Shown here piece after piece: positions 1 through 9,489 of a DNA stretch of 64,000 bases. Position 1 is the first letter of the stretch, and every line of letters starts with the position of its first letter. The notes below the pieces were generated by a model, which saw nothing but the letters and a program-made list of their open reading frames with translations, was not told where the DNA came from and made no database searches. Origin of the DNA: Gemmatimonadota bacterium. Its GTDB lineage: Bacteria > Gemmatimonadota > Gemmatimonadetes > Gemmatimonadales > GWC2-71-9. A program made the translations under genes and the position numbers. The stretch lies in assembly GCA_039587475.1 (NCBI GenBank), contig JBDHIK010000300.1, positions 39,450 to 103,449 on the forward strand. Direction: 5' to 3'.

Positions 1-1259
1 AGGGACGCCACATCGATCTTCAGGCCAATCTCAAGGAGGGGCGCCGGCAGGGGGAGTCCGCGTCCATCGAGCGCATGCGGTTCCAGCGTGTGTTGGTCGT
101 GGCCCAGGTGGGCATGGCGTTCATTCTGCTGGTGGGCTCCGCACTGCTGATCAACAGTTTCTGGCGCCTGGAACGGGTCGACCCAGGATTCGTGACGGAC
201 AACATCGTGCGCATGAGTTTTCGTCTTCCCGAGTCGCGCTATCCCAGAGACTTCTCGACCTATCCCAATTGGCCCAGGACGCACGACTTCAACCACCGAC
301 TCCTCGAAGCGGTCGAGGCCAGTCCCACCGTGGTGAGTGCCGCGCTGGCCGTCAATCATCCGCTGGATGGTGGCTTCACCAATTCGTTCCGCATCGTAGG
401 GCGCGAGGACGAGGCAGCGGCACAACCGGAGATGCGGATGCGCCTGGTCAGTAGTCGCTACTTCCAGACGGTGGGCGTGCCGCTGCTGGAAGGCCGCATG
501 TTCGATGAACGCGATCTGGCGGATGCTCCACTGGTGATGCTCCTCAATCAGGCAGCCGTGGACCGCTTCTTCCCCGAGGGCGACGCCCTTGGCGCCCGGA
601 TCGCGTTCTGGGGCATGCAGCGGGAGGTCGTCGGCGTCGTCGGTAATGAACGATTCCAGGGATTGGCGGAGGATGCCCCGCCGGCCATGTACGCCGCCAT
701 CAGCCAGGCACCCCCCGTCGGTGGATCGGTGCTCATGCTGCGGACGGCGGCCGAACCGATGACGGCGGTGCCCCTGGCCCGAAGCGCCATCGCCGAGCTC
801 GACGCCGACCTGGCGGTGTACGACGTGTCCACCATGGAGGCCACCCTGGCCGAGTCATTGGCTGCGGACCGGTTCATCATGGTGCTCTTGACGGCGTTCG
901 GGGCCGTGGCGGTGTTCCTGGCAGTCATCGGGGTGTACGGGACCCTGGCGTACCTGGTGGCTCGGCGCCGCCATGAACTCGGCGTACGATTGGCCATTGG
1001 CGCATCCCAGCGCCAGGTCCTGGTGTTGGTCCTGCGTCAGGGCATGAGGCTGACGCTGCTGGGTCTCGGCCTGGGGTTGGTCGGGGCCCTGGCACTCTCG
1101 GGATCGCTTCAGAGCCTGCTGTTCGAGATCTCTCCCCTGGATCCGGTCACCTGGGTTTCGGCGGTGGTGGTACTGGCGGCCGCCGCCATCCTCGCCGGCC
1201 TGGTGCCGGCGCGAAGAGCCAGTCAGGTGGACCCGCTGGAGACGATGCGGGCCGATTGA
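1..1259 (+). CDS. ABC transporter permease, FtsX/MacB-like family (5' end outside window; C-terminal 4-TM FtsX domain plus preceding extracytoplasmic domain)
   Basis: ORF 75..1259 continues open to window edge; C-terminal hydrophobic helices and the motif ...LVARRRHELGVRLAIGASQRQVLVLVLRQG... are typical of FtsX/MacB permease C-termini. Confidence 0.8.
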   Translation, partial: GRHIDLQANLKEGRRQGESASIERMRFQRVLVVAQVGMAFILLVGSALLINSFWRLERVDPGFVTDNIVRMSFRLPESRYPRDFSTYPNWPRTHDFNHRLLEAVEASPTVVSAALAVNHPLDGGFTNSFRIVGREDEAAAQPEMRMRLVSSRYFQTVGVPLLEGRMFDERDLADAPLVMLLNQAAVDRFFPEGDALGARIAFWGMQREVVGVVGNERFQGLAEDAPPAMYAAISQAPPVGGSVLMLRTAAEPMTAVPLARSAIAELDADLAVYDVSTMEATLAESLAADRFIMVLLTAFGAVAVFLAVIGVYGTLAYLVARRRHELGVRLAIGASQRQVLVLVLRQGMRLTLLGLGLGLVGALALSGSLQSLLFEISPLDPVTWVSAVVVLAAAAILAGLVPARRASQVDPLETMRAD

Positions 1260-1274
1260 TCGACCGATTCGGCG

Positions 1275-1844
1275 TCAGGGTGAAGCCAGGGCGGCCGTAG
1301 GCGGTCGAGCGAAATCGGCGCGGGTGAGGTGGTACCAGGCAACGGTGTGTTCCCGCTCCTGACGCGTGCCCTGATAGTGCATTCCCAGGCGTTCCGCGAC
1401 ACGACGGGATGCGGTGTTGTGTGGGAACATGATGGCAACGATCGATTCCACGCCCAGTTGCTTGAAGCCGTAGGTCAGCATCCCCTCCGCGGACTCGCTG
1501 GCGATGCCGAGACCCCGGTGGCCCGACCCGACCAGCCAACCCACCTCCACTTCGCCGGTGTCCATCGGCTTGAGCAACACGTGGCCGGCCAGCGCTGGCC
1601 CCGCCTTGAGTTCTACGGCGAAGATGCCATACCCCTCATGTTCATCGTAGTAGCGGCAGGTGCGCTCCAGGCACGCCTCGGCGCTGACGACATCGGTGAC
1701 CCAGGGCACGCCGCTTCCGAGCATGCGCATGCTCTCCGGGTGGCTCCAGATCGGCATGATGGCTGGGGCGTCTTCGTGCCTGAAGGGCCGTACGATGAGC
1801 CGGGGTGTCGTGAACAGCATGGTCCTCGTGTGGTCGTTGTCCAT
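1275..1844 (-). CDS. GNAT family N-acetyltransferase (RimJ/RimL-like)
   Basis: Within ORF 1275..2087; the segment from MDNDHTRTMLFTTPRLIVRPFRHEDAPAIMPIW... carries GNAT acetyl-CoA binding motifs (VGWLVGSGHRGLGIASE); the upstream 81 aa of the ORF look like noncoding read-through. Confidence 0.8.
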   Translation of the reverse strand: MDNDHTRTMLFTTPRLIVRPFRHEDAPAIMPIWSHPESMRMLGSGVPWVTDVVSAEACLERTCRYYDEHEGYGIFAVELKAGPALAGHVLLKPMDTGEVEVGWLVGSGHRGLGIASESAEGMLTYGFKQLGVESIVAIMFPHNTASRRVAERLGMHYQGTRQEREHTVAWYHLTRADFARPPTAALASP

Positions 1845-1884
1845 TGGAAGGAAGTGTAAGGTCCTAACGCGAAGGCCGAAAGCG

Positions 1885-2802
1885 CTAGGGTGGAGGCACC
1901 AGCCCGATACGGACCGCCAGCCAATCAACAAGGTCGGCCACCCGTTCCTGGGTGAGTGCATGGCCGCCTGCGTACCAGATCTGGGTCTTGGGTTGGCTCG
2001 CCGCCTGGTAATACGCTTCGGCATCCTGTTCTGGCACCAGCCGGTCACCCAGGCCGGATTGAAACAACAGGTGCGCGGGGGCGGCACTTCCGACGAAGCG
2101 GATGGGCTCGATCGGAGTCATGGCCGCCAGCCAGGCTTCCCGCTGCTCTCGAGGCAGCCGCTCGAGTGGCCCGGGGTCGTCGTCGGGCCCGGTGAAATGG
2201 GACACCAGTCCACCATCGCCAACGACGAGTACATACGCCTGGATGCGATGTTCCAGTCCGGCTAGCAGTCCGCCCATGGCGCCGCCGTAGCTCACCCCGG
2301 CATAGCCGAGGCGTTCCGAATCCACCCCCTCGTGCGCCAGCAACAGATCGACCCCGCGCCGCAGGTCGATCATCAGTTGGATCTGGTCGGTGCGGTCTTG
2401 TTCCGTAAAGAGAACCGGGTTGTTGCGGGGCCCGTCGGGCCGGGCCCATGGTGCGGACGGCGCCAGCACGACAGCGCCGCTCAGCACCAGTTGGGTTGCC
2501 AGCCGGGAGCCTCCGCTTCTGCTCCCGGGCATGCCGTGCATCAACAGCATCCCGGCATGAGGCCCAGGGGTATCGGGGACGTAGAGGTAGGCTGGAACCC
2601 GGCCGCCTTTGGGGCTGGCGTAACTCAGGTCGAGGATCCGGAAGCCGTCGCGTTGGCCCGTGCTGGCGATCCGGACGTCCAGTGGGGCCGACGCGTCATA
2701 GGCGAACAGGGCAATGGTCGCCGGATCGGGCGGTGACGATTGGGCGCGCAGCGCCGCGCCAGCGACCACCAGAAACGACAACGCTCGTACGGTCCGGGTC
2801 AT
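1885..2802 (-). CDS. secreted alpha/beta hydrolase (dienelactone hydrolase / prolyl oligopeptidase-like)
   Basis: N-terminal signal peptide (MTRTVRALSFLVVAGAALRAQS), nucleophile elbow GVSYGG, alpha/beta hydrolase fold spacing. Confidence 0.8.
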   Translation of the reverse strand: MTRTVRALSFLVVAGAALRAQSSPPDPATIALFAYDASAPLDVRIASTGQRDGFRILDLSYASPKGGRVPAYLYVPDTPGPHAGMLLMHGMPGSRSGGSRLATQLVLSGAVVLAPSAPWARPDGPRNNPVLFTEQDRTDQIQLMIDLRRGVDLLLAHEGVDSERLGYAGVSYGGAMGGLLAGLEHRIQAYVLVVGDGGLVSHFTGPDDDPGPLERLPREQREAWLAAMTPIEPIRFVGSAAPAHLLFQSGLGDRLVPEQDAEAYYQAASQPKTQIWYAGGHALTQERVADLVDWLAVRIGLVPPP

Positions 2803-2872
2803 GGGAGCTTCCGTTGCAGGGTCCTGCTCCCTACGCGATTCCGGCGTCTGGAGTTGCTCGTCACATCGCGGT

Positions 2873-3349
2873 TCAGCGGTCGTCCGAGTCAGTCGTCACA
2901 CAGTCCCGCTCGACGGTATAGACGATGCCGGCGATCTTCCACCCGTCCGCGGTCTCTATGAGGCTGAAGGCATCGACCCCACAGTGGCTGAACTCACCGT
3001 TCACGTGAAAGTCGTACGGCGTCCATACCACGGCGATGGCGCCGCGGATGCTCACCTCAGCGTCCCACATCCGTTCCTGGAGGACATCCGTTCCGCCGGC
3101 GAGTCCCTCGACGAACGCGCGATTCGTCGAACCACGGATCACCGGAACACCATCCTGCTCTCGCACGCTGAAGTAGGTGGCATCCAGGATCAGAACATCG
3201 CCCGCCAAGGCGGTATCGCGTGTGGCCATGGCGTCGAAGAAGCGTTGCACGGTTCCCAGGACCGCGGAGCGCTCGTCCTGGGCCTCCGCCACCGTCGAGA
3301 TTCCTGTCAGGAGGGTGGCGAGGAGGACACATCGGATGGTCGTCAACAT
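2873..3349 (-). CDS. secreted NTF2-like / SnoaL-like (DUF4440-like) protein
   Basis: ATG at 3349 (MLTTIRCVLLATLLTGISTVAEAQ signal peptide) preceded by AGGGAA; about 159 aa, size and composition of NTF2-fold proteins; the longer ORF to 3526 is an upstream artefact. Confidence 0.6.
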   Translation of the reverse strand: MLTTIRCVLLATLLTGISTVAEAQDERSAVLGTVQRFFDAMATRDTALAGDVLILDATYFSVREQDGVPVIRGSTNRAFVEGLAGGTDVLQERMWDAEVSIRGAIAVVWTPYDFHVNGEFSHCGVDAFSLIETADGWKIAGIVYTVERDCVTTDSDDR

Positions 3350-3501
3350 TCGGGTTCCCTGGGTCAGAGGAAGGGCGGTGAGGCCCCAAGATGAATGGAG
3401 ACGGCGTGGCCGGCCAGGGCCGTTCCTGAAACAGGTTCCCAGGCTGGACCGTACCATCCTAGAGTTCCGCGAGGATCGCCGCTGCGTTTGGCCACTACCG
3501 G

Positions 3502-4404
3502 GTGAGGGGTTCGTACATGCTGGCACTCACGACTGCCATTGTTGCGCTGGTTGGCCTGCCATCCGATTCGACCCAGGCGGTCGCCTCGAAGTACCTCGAG
3601 TTGACCTTCGCCCAGCGATATGACGACTTGCGGGGCCTCTATGCCGACGACGTCTACTTCGTGGATCCCACCGGCGACGTCTGGGGCGGGACCCTGGCCT
3701 CCGGGGTCAGGGGGGCAGACCAGGTCATCGCTCTTCAGAAGTCCTGGGGCCTGACCAGCTCCGCATTCCTGGTCGACGACCAGTTCGTCTCTGGCGAGTA
3801 CGCGCTGTTTCGCGGCACCCTGAGCTGGACGACGGTCAGCGCTCCCGACGGGGTGACGACGGACTTCGTGACCCTGCTCCGAGTGAAGGACGGCAAGGTG
3901 GTGGAGCGGCATGATTACGGGAACTATGCCGCCATTCATGCCGGCACCGACCCCGCGTTCCAGGCCGCCAACACCGCCGCGGCGAAGAGGGTTGGGGAGC
4001 GCTACCTGCAGGCCTACTTGGACCAGCGCCACAGCGACATGCTCGCCATGTATGGTCCGGCTCCGTCCTTTCAGGATCCGACGGCGGCAGTCTTCGGCCT
4101 GGAGAGCGGAGCACTGTATCGAGGGACCGAGGCCATCGCCGCCATGTTGGCGCGGGCCTTCCAGCCCATCAGCCAGTTCACCTTCGACTTCGAAGACGCG
4201 TGGTTTTCCAATCGGCACGCCGTGTTCGGGGGCACCATCCGATACACCCTGGATGGCGCTGCGCTGGGCACACCGACCGACGTGACGTTTGAGAACTCAG
4301 CGGTCTTCGTCGTCACCGTGCAAGACGGCGCGGTCGTGGCCCACCGAGACTACGTGGACTACTCGCACTTCCAGGACCAACTCGAGGCGGCCCGCAGCGA
4401 CTAG
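3502..4404 (+). CDS. tandem SnoaL-like / NTF2-like (ketosteroid isomerase-like) two-domain protein, probably secreted
   Basis: Two ~130 aa halves of similar pattern (...YLELTFAQRYDDLRGLYADDVYFVDPTGD... / ...YLQAYLDQRHSDMLAMYGPAPSFQDPT...); hydrophobic N-terminus MLALTTAIVALVGLPSDSTQA; true start may be the M at 3517. Confidence 0.6.
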   Translation: MRGSYMLALTTAIVALVGLPSDSTQAVASKYLELTFAQRYDDLRGLYADDVYFVDPTGDVWGGTLASGVRGADQVIALQKSWGLTSSAFLVDDQFVSGEYALFRGTLSWTTVSAPDGVTTDFVTLLRVKDGKVVERHDYGNYAAIHAGTDPAFQAANTAAAKRVGERYLQAYLDQRHSDMLAMYGPAPSFQDPTAAVFGLESGALYRGTEAIAAMLARAFQPISQFTFDFEDAWFSNRHAVFGGTIRYTLDGAALGTPTDVTFENSAVFVVTVQDGAVVAHRDYVDYSHFQDQLEAARSD

Positions 4405-4428
4405 TCGCTCGTGAGACCGGACGAAGAA

Positions 4429-4911
4429 CTACGGGTCCGCGGGGTCGCTGGCCCTCTCGGTAGTTGCCTTCTTGAGCTCCCTGCCCACCCACTGCAGCCT
4501 GGCCCAGACCAGCGCTCCCTGAAAGAATGAACCGGCCGTGACCGTGACCGGCCGGTCGAGATCTTCGGTCGGCGAAACGATGCCGCGCAGGGACACCCTC
4601 GTCAGAGGCCCCAGAGAAACCAGGTCGGCACGGAACTGGGCATAGGCATAGGGCGCTCGCCGTCCCATGCGCTCCGTCTCCGAGAGGACCAGGCCCTGGG
4701 CTGTCGAGGCAATGGCGACCTCGATGCCTGCCTCGGCGAACGCGTCGAGGACCATGGCGAAAGCCGTGTCGGCTTCGCGGGGTACGTCCACGACCATCAT
4801 CGAATCGGGGGCTTGTGCTTCGAGGCCGGACGCCCCGAACGAGGAGATCACAGGGGCGGTGATGGCCAGTAGCGTTGCCCATGGAACGGTACGGCGAAAC
4901 ACGTGGCGCAT
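4429..4911 (-). CDS. hypothetical secreted protein
   Basis: ATG at 4911 gives MRHVFRRTVPWATLLAITAPVISSFGASGLEAQA signal peptide; the remaining 157 N-terminal residues of ORF 4429..5382 overlap the DUF2784 gene and are low-complexity. Confidence 0.5.
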   Translation of the reverse strand: MRHVFRRTVPWATLLAITAPVISSFGASGLEAQAPDSMMVVDVPREADTAFAMVLDAFAEAGIEVAIASTAQGLVLSETERMGRRAPYAYAQFRADLVSLGPLTRVSLRGIVSPTEDLDRPVTVTAGSFFQGALVWARLQWVGRELKKATTERASDPADP

Positions 4912-4927
4912 GCACCAATCTAGAGTG

Positions 4928-5311
4928 CTAGGAAGAGCGCACGGTAGCCCGTCGTCGTCGGCGCAGCCAGGCCGCACCGTACAGGACGACGTTGAGGACG
5001 AGCACCGCGACGCCGAACGCCACCTGGTGGGAACGGGTGAGACCTTCCGGGTAGAGCACGGGGAGGACGTAGTGCTCGACGAACCCACCGGTGTAGCCCC
5101 GCTCCCCGCCGGCCTGGCGCAAGCGGTTCTCCAGGGGCGTGAGCGGGCAGATCCAGCCCTGGAACTCGATGAGGGCTCCCCACGCCGCCGCCGGGACGTG
5201 AAGGTACGCCATCCGTGGCCATCTGAGGCTGAGGGCCGCGCCGAACAAGACGAAGAGCACGAACGCGGCGTGCGTGAGGACGACGAGGTCCGCGGCGAGT
5301 CGGTAGCCCAT
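4928..5311 (-). CDS. DUF2784 family membrane protein
   Basis: 127 aa, two to three TM helices and the characteristic ...GWICPLTPLENRLR...GGFVEHYVLPVLYP... motif of DUF2784. Confidence 0.75.
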   Translation of the reverse strand: MGYRLAADLVVLTHAAFVLFVLFGAALSLRWPRMAYLHVPAAAWGALIEFQGWICPLTPLENRLRQAGGERGYTGGFVEHYVLPVLYPEGLTRSHQVAFGVAVLVLNVVLYGAAWLRRRRRATVRSS

Positions 5312-5539
5312 GGGTACGCTTGCGTTCGCCCCCGATCCTCAGGACGACTGATGGCATCCCCTGTACCGTGAGGGCACCACACTCAGGTACGCGGTGTGTC
5401 GTCGGATGCCGGCGGCGACGAAGGGACAGCGTGGCCGGATATCGATGGATCGAGCTCGAGCGTCTTCCAGGCCGTCGTCCACCACCGGCGCGTATCGCGC
5501 GTCGGCCTCATTGTCGATGATGTCGCTGCCGGCCACGGG

Positions 5540-6547
5540 CTACGTCACGCTCCAGGTTCGACCGGCCCGGATCAGGTCGTTGAGTGGCGTGTGCTGGTCG
5601 GCGGTCTCCTTGGGCACGATCTGTGATTCGTAGCTCTCCGCCGGATTGTCGTACAATACCCCCAACACCTCGGGAAATTCCGGCGGTTTGAGGGCGCCCA
5701 GCAGGCCGGCCAGGGTCTTGTCCGTCTGGTCATGTACCAGAACGTCGTCGTCCGTGATGCCGTCTGCGCCGACCACGATGGACTCCAGCTGCAAGGTCCC
5801 CGGTTTGATGCGAAGGCCCCGATTGCCATCGGCGCCGTACCGCATCGGCTTGCCGTGTTCAACGTGGAGCTGGGTATCCGTCGCGGTTGCCCGGTCGGTG
5901 AAATCGGCAAAGACGTTGTCGTTGTAGACGACACAATTCTGGAAGATCTCGACGAAGGACGCTCCCCGATGCTGCTGGGCCGCGGTCAAGACGCCGATCA
6001 GACGCTTCTGGTCGATGTCGATGGCTCGCCCGACGAAACGAGCACCGGCGCCGAGCGCCACCGCCACCGGATTGAGCGGATGTGCCACCGAGCCCCGCGG
6101 AGAGGTGGGCGACTTGGTGCCGACCCGGGATGTCGGAGAGACTTGTCCCTTCGTCAGCCCGTAGATCTCGTTGTTGAACAGAACGATCTGGAGGTCCACG
6201 TTGCGCCGCAAGACATGAAGGAGATGATTACCGCCGATGCTGAACCCGTCTCCGTCGCCGGTGATCACCCAAACGTCCAGGTCCGGGTTCGCGAGCTTCA
6301 AGCCCGTGGCAATCGCCGGGGCTCGGCCATGAATGGTGTGGAACCCGTAGGTCGACATGTAATACGGAAACCGGGACGAACACCCGATGCCCGACACGAA
6401 CACGGTACTCTCCGGGCGGGCCTCCAGGTCGGCGAGCGTCTTTTGCAGAGCCTTGAGGATGGCGTAATCACCGCAGCCAGGGCACCAGCGGACCTCCTGG
6501 TCGGAGGCGAAATCCTTGGGAGCGAGTGGCAACGTCGAGGTCGTCAT
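5540..6547 (-). CDS. korB: 2-oxoglutarate:ferredoxin oxidoreductase beta subunit (TPP-binding)
   Basis: CPGCGDY...GIGCSS...ITGDGDG TPP/FeS motifs of 2-oxoacid:ferredoxin oxidoreductase beta subunits; 4-nt overlap with upstream alpha subunit gene. Confidence 0.9.
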   Translation of the reverse strand: MTTSTLPLAPKDFASDQEVRWCPGCGDYAILKALQKTLADLEARPESTVFVSGIGCSSRFPYYMSTYGFHTIHGRAPAIATGLKLANPDLDVWVITGDGDGFSIGGNHLLHVLRRNVDLQIVLFNNEIYGLTKGQVSPTSRVGTKSPTSPRGSVAHPLNPVAVALGAGARFVGRAIDIDQKRLIGVLTAAQQHRGASFVEIFQNCVVYNDNVFADFTDRATATDTQLHVEHGKPMRYGADGNRGLRIKPGTLQLESIVVGADGITDDDVLVHDQTDKTLAGLLGALKPPEFPEVLGVLYDNPAESYESQIVPKETADQHTPLNDLIRAGRTWSVT

Positions 6548-8421
6548 GGTTGCGACTCCAGGGCCGCATCGATGGCGGCCTCGATCTCTGAGATCTTGAA
6601 CGGCTGTCCGGTCACCTTGGTCAAGGGCTCAGCGGGGACCAGGAAGGTGCTGCGCAGCATCGTCACGAGTTGCCCGTTGTTCATTTCCGGGACCAGGATT
6701 CGTTCGAAATTCCCCAGCAGGGTGCCCAGGTTGGCCGGGAACGGGTTGAGGTAGCGCAGATGGACGTGCGAGACCGCCTGCCCCTTGGCGCGGGCACGTT
6801 CTACTCCCTTGTTGATCGGCCCAAAGGTAGAGCCCCAGCCCACGACGGCCAGACGGCCGGTGTCCTCACCCAGCGCCACGGCCTGGGGCGGAACGTCGTC
6901 GGCGATGCCAGCGATCTTGGCGGCGCGGACGTCGGTCATGGTCTGGTGGTTGTCCGGATCGTAGGAGATGTGACCGGTGCCGTCCTGCTTCTCGATGCCG
7001 CCGATCCGATGCATGAGCCCCGGGGTCCCGGGCACCGCCCAGGGGCGAGCCAGCGTCACCGGATCTCGCCGGAATGGCTCAAAGCCCTCCGGGTCGGTGT
7101 GGAACCGGACCGGCCAAGTCTCCAGGCCGTCGAGGTCCGGGAGAAGCCATGGCTCGGCGGCATTGGCCAGGTAGCCGTCGGAGAGCAGGATGACCGGCGT
7201 CATGTACTTGGTGGCCAGCCGGACCGCCTCACGGCCGACCTCGAAGCAGTCCGTCGACGTCGCTGCGGCAAGGACCGCCACTGGCGTGTCTCCGTTCCGA
7301 CCGTACACGGCCTGGAACAGGTCCGACTGCTCGGTCTTGGTCGGCAGGCCGGTCGAAGGACCGGCCCGTTGCATGTTGAGGATGATCAACGGGAGTTCGG
7401 CGCTCACGGCCAGGCCGATGGCTTCGGTCTTGAGCGCGATGCCGGGTCCCGAGCTCGAGGTGACCCCGAGCGCACCGCCGTACGACGCCCCGATGGCAGA
7501 ACACACCGCCGCGATTTCGTCTTCCGCCTGGAACGTGATCACGCCGAGGTCCCGCATGGTGGCCAGAGAATGCAGCACCGGCGACGCCGGCGTAATCGGG
7601 TACGATCCGAACACCAGTCGCGGAATACCGGCGGACCGAAGGCCCGACACCAGGCCCCAGACGAGTGCCTCCGTGCCGCTGATGGTCCGGTACTCACCGG
7701 GAGGGAGGTCCGCGTCCGCGACCCGGTACCCGGTCAGGTTGCCGGACAGCTCCGCCGTTTCCCCGTACGCATGTCCGGCATTGATCGCTGCGATGTTGGC
7801 CTGCGCCAGGGTCTCGCGGCTGGCGAATTTCTTGGCGAGCCAGGACGTCGTGGCAGTGCGATCGCGGTCGTACATCCACAACATCAGTCCCAGGGCCCAC
7901 ATGTTGCGACAGCGGAGAGCCTCCTTCTTGCTCAACCCGAACGACTCAACCGCGTTCATGGTCAGCTGGGTGACGTCGAGCCGGATCACCTGATAGGGCG
8001 CCAGGGTGTTGTCTTCGAGCGGGTTGGCGTCGTAGCCGGCCTTGGCGAGGTTTCGGTCGCCGAAGCTGCCGCTGTCGGCCACGATAATCCCACCCAGACG
8101 CAGGTTCCCCAGATTCACCTTGAGCGCCGCAGGGTTCATGGCGACGAGCACGTCGATTTCGTCTCCGGCGGTCTTGACGTCCACCGAGCCGAAGTGGATC
8201 TGAAAAGCGGAAACTCCGAAGGTGGTACCGACCGGCGCCCGAATTTCTGCGGGGTAGTCGGGAAACGTGGTCAGGTCGAGGCCGGCCAGGGCCGTCTCCA
8301 GGGTGAACTGGGAGCCGGTCAACTGCATGCCGTCCCCGGAATCGCCCGCAAACCGGACGACGACGGCCTCGCGAACCTCGCGGGTCCCGGTACGGTCGTG
8401 CGTGGGTGCCGTGGTGCTCAT
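6544..8421 (-). CDS. korA: 2-oxoglutarate:ferredoxin oxidoreductase alpha subunit
   Basis: 625 aa; fused pyruvate-ferredoxin-oxidoreductase domains typical of two-subunit KorAB. Confidence 0.9.
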   Translation of the reverse strand: MSTTAPTHDRTGTREVREAVVVRFAGDSGDGMQLTGSQFTLETALAGLDLTTFPDYPAEIRAPVGTTFGVSAFQIHFGSVDVKTAGDEIDVLVAMNPAALKVNLGNLRLGGIIVADSGSFGDRNLAKAGYDANPLEDNTLAPYQVIRLDVTQLTMNAVESFGLSKKEALRCRNMWALGLMLWMYDRDRTATTSWLAKKFASRETLAQANIAAINAGHAYGETAELSGNLTGYRVADADLPPGEYRTISGTEALVWGLVSGLRSAGIPRLVFGSYPITPASPVLHSLATMRDLGVITFQAEDEIAAVCSAIGASYGGALGVTSSSGPGIALKTEAIGLAVSAELPLIILNMQRAGPSTGLPTKTEQSDLFQAVYGRNGDTPVAVLAAATSTDCFEVGREAVRLATKYMTPVILLSDGYLANAAEPWLLPDLDGLETWPVRFHTDPEGFEPFRRDPVTLARPWAVPGTPGLMHRIGGIEKQDGTGHISYDPDNHQTMTDVRAAKIAGIADDVPPQAVALGEDTGRLAVVGWGSTFGPINKGVERARAKGQAVSHVHLRYLNPFPANLGTLLGNFERILVPEMNNGQLVTMLRSTFLVPAEPLTKVTGQPFKISEIEAAIDAALESQP

Positions 8422-8597
8422 CAGGGCCTTTCATTACGTGTCTGCGGCGCCGACCCCGCCCGGGCCGAACATGCTGAATCTGCCCGGAACGGCTTCCCCG
8501 CGCCACCGTCCACCGTCACGGCGGTTGCCGATCCCCGGCGGGCGGTTACCATCTCAGCATTGCTCCCTGCCCCGTTCTACCAACAGCCGGGAAAGCC

Positions 8598-9440
8598 ATG
8601 ACACGTAAGACCGACGACTCCGCCGCGAGTCTTCCCCGAGCGGCGGACCAGCCCGCCGAGGGGATCAAGCTGACCAAGGGCGTGTACAGCAAGGAATTGC
8701 GACGCCTGCAGATCGAGCTGGTCAAGCTCCAGGAACACATCAGTGAGCATGGGCTCAAGGTGGTCGTGCTGTTCGAAGGCAGGGACGGAGCCGGGAAGGG
8801 CGGCACCATCAAACGCATCACCGAAAGCCTCAACCCCCGGATCGTCAGGGTCGTGGCGCTCGCCAAGCCAACGGAAAAGGAACGTACCCAGTGGTACTTC
8901 CAGCGTTACGTCGCTGAACTCCCCTCCGGCGGCGAGATGGTGCTGTTCGACCGGAGTTGGTACAACCGGGCCGGCGTCGAGCGGGTGATGGGGTTCTGCA
9001 CCGAGAAGGAATACGTGGAGTTCATGCGGACCGCTCCCCAGTTCGAGCGGGCCCTCATTCGCTCCGGCATCATCCTGATCAAGTACTGGTTCTCGGTCTC
9101 CGCCGAGGAGCAGGCCCGGCGCTTCCGGGATCGAATCAAGAACCCCACGAAGCGCTGGAAACTGAGTGGCATGGACCTGACGGCCCGGACCCACTGGGTC
9201 GACTACGCCAAGGCCAAGGACGAGATGTTCGCCTACACGGACATCCGGCAGTCCCCTTGGTTTGTCGTCGAATCGGACAACAAGAAGGCCGCACGGCTCA
9301 ACTGCATCAGCCATCTGCTGAGCTTGATTCCCTATGACGAGCCCAGCCACGATTCCATCTCGCTGCCGCCACTCCAGTCGGACAAGTACGTGCGAACGCC
9401 GGAAGACGAGCAGAATTTCATCCCCAGAAGGTTCGTCTAG
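8598..9440 (+). CDS. ppk2: polyphosphate kinase 2 (PPK2, single-domain)
   Basis: Walker A GRDGAGKGG, PPK2 lid region ...WYNRAGVERVMGF...; 280 aa; divergent from korA. Confidence 0.9.
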   Translation: MTRKTDDSAASLPRAADQPAEGIKLTKGVYSKELRRLQIELVKLQEHISEHGLKVVVLFEGRDGAGKGGTIKRITESLNPRIVRVVALAKPTEKERTQWYFQRYVAELPSGGEMVLFDRSWYNRAGVERVMGFCTEKEYVEFMRTAPQFERALIRSGIILIKYWFSVSAEEQARRFRDRIKNPTKRWKLSGMDLTARTHWVDYAKAKDEMFAYTDIRQSPWFVVESDNKKAARLNCISHLLSLIPYDEPSHDSISLPPLQSDKYVRTPEDEQNFIPRRFV

Positions 9441-9489
9441 GCCGGGGTCGGGTCGGGTCGTCTGCCTGCGTGGCCCCGAGGGAGCCCGG

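Noticed and set aside
4313-4918. 201-aa ORF on - strand
   Set aside because: Different frame from, and overlapping, the secreted hypothetical protein 4429..4911; Arg/Gly/Pro-rich composition
6670-8601. 643-aa ORF on + strand
   Set aside because: Entirely antisense to korA; Arg/Gly/Pro-rich composition typical of spurious antisense ORFs in high-GC DNA
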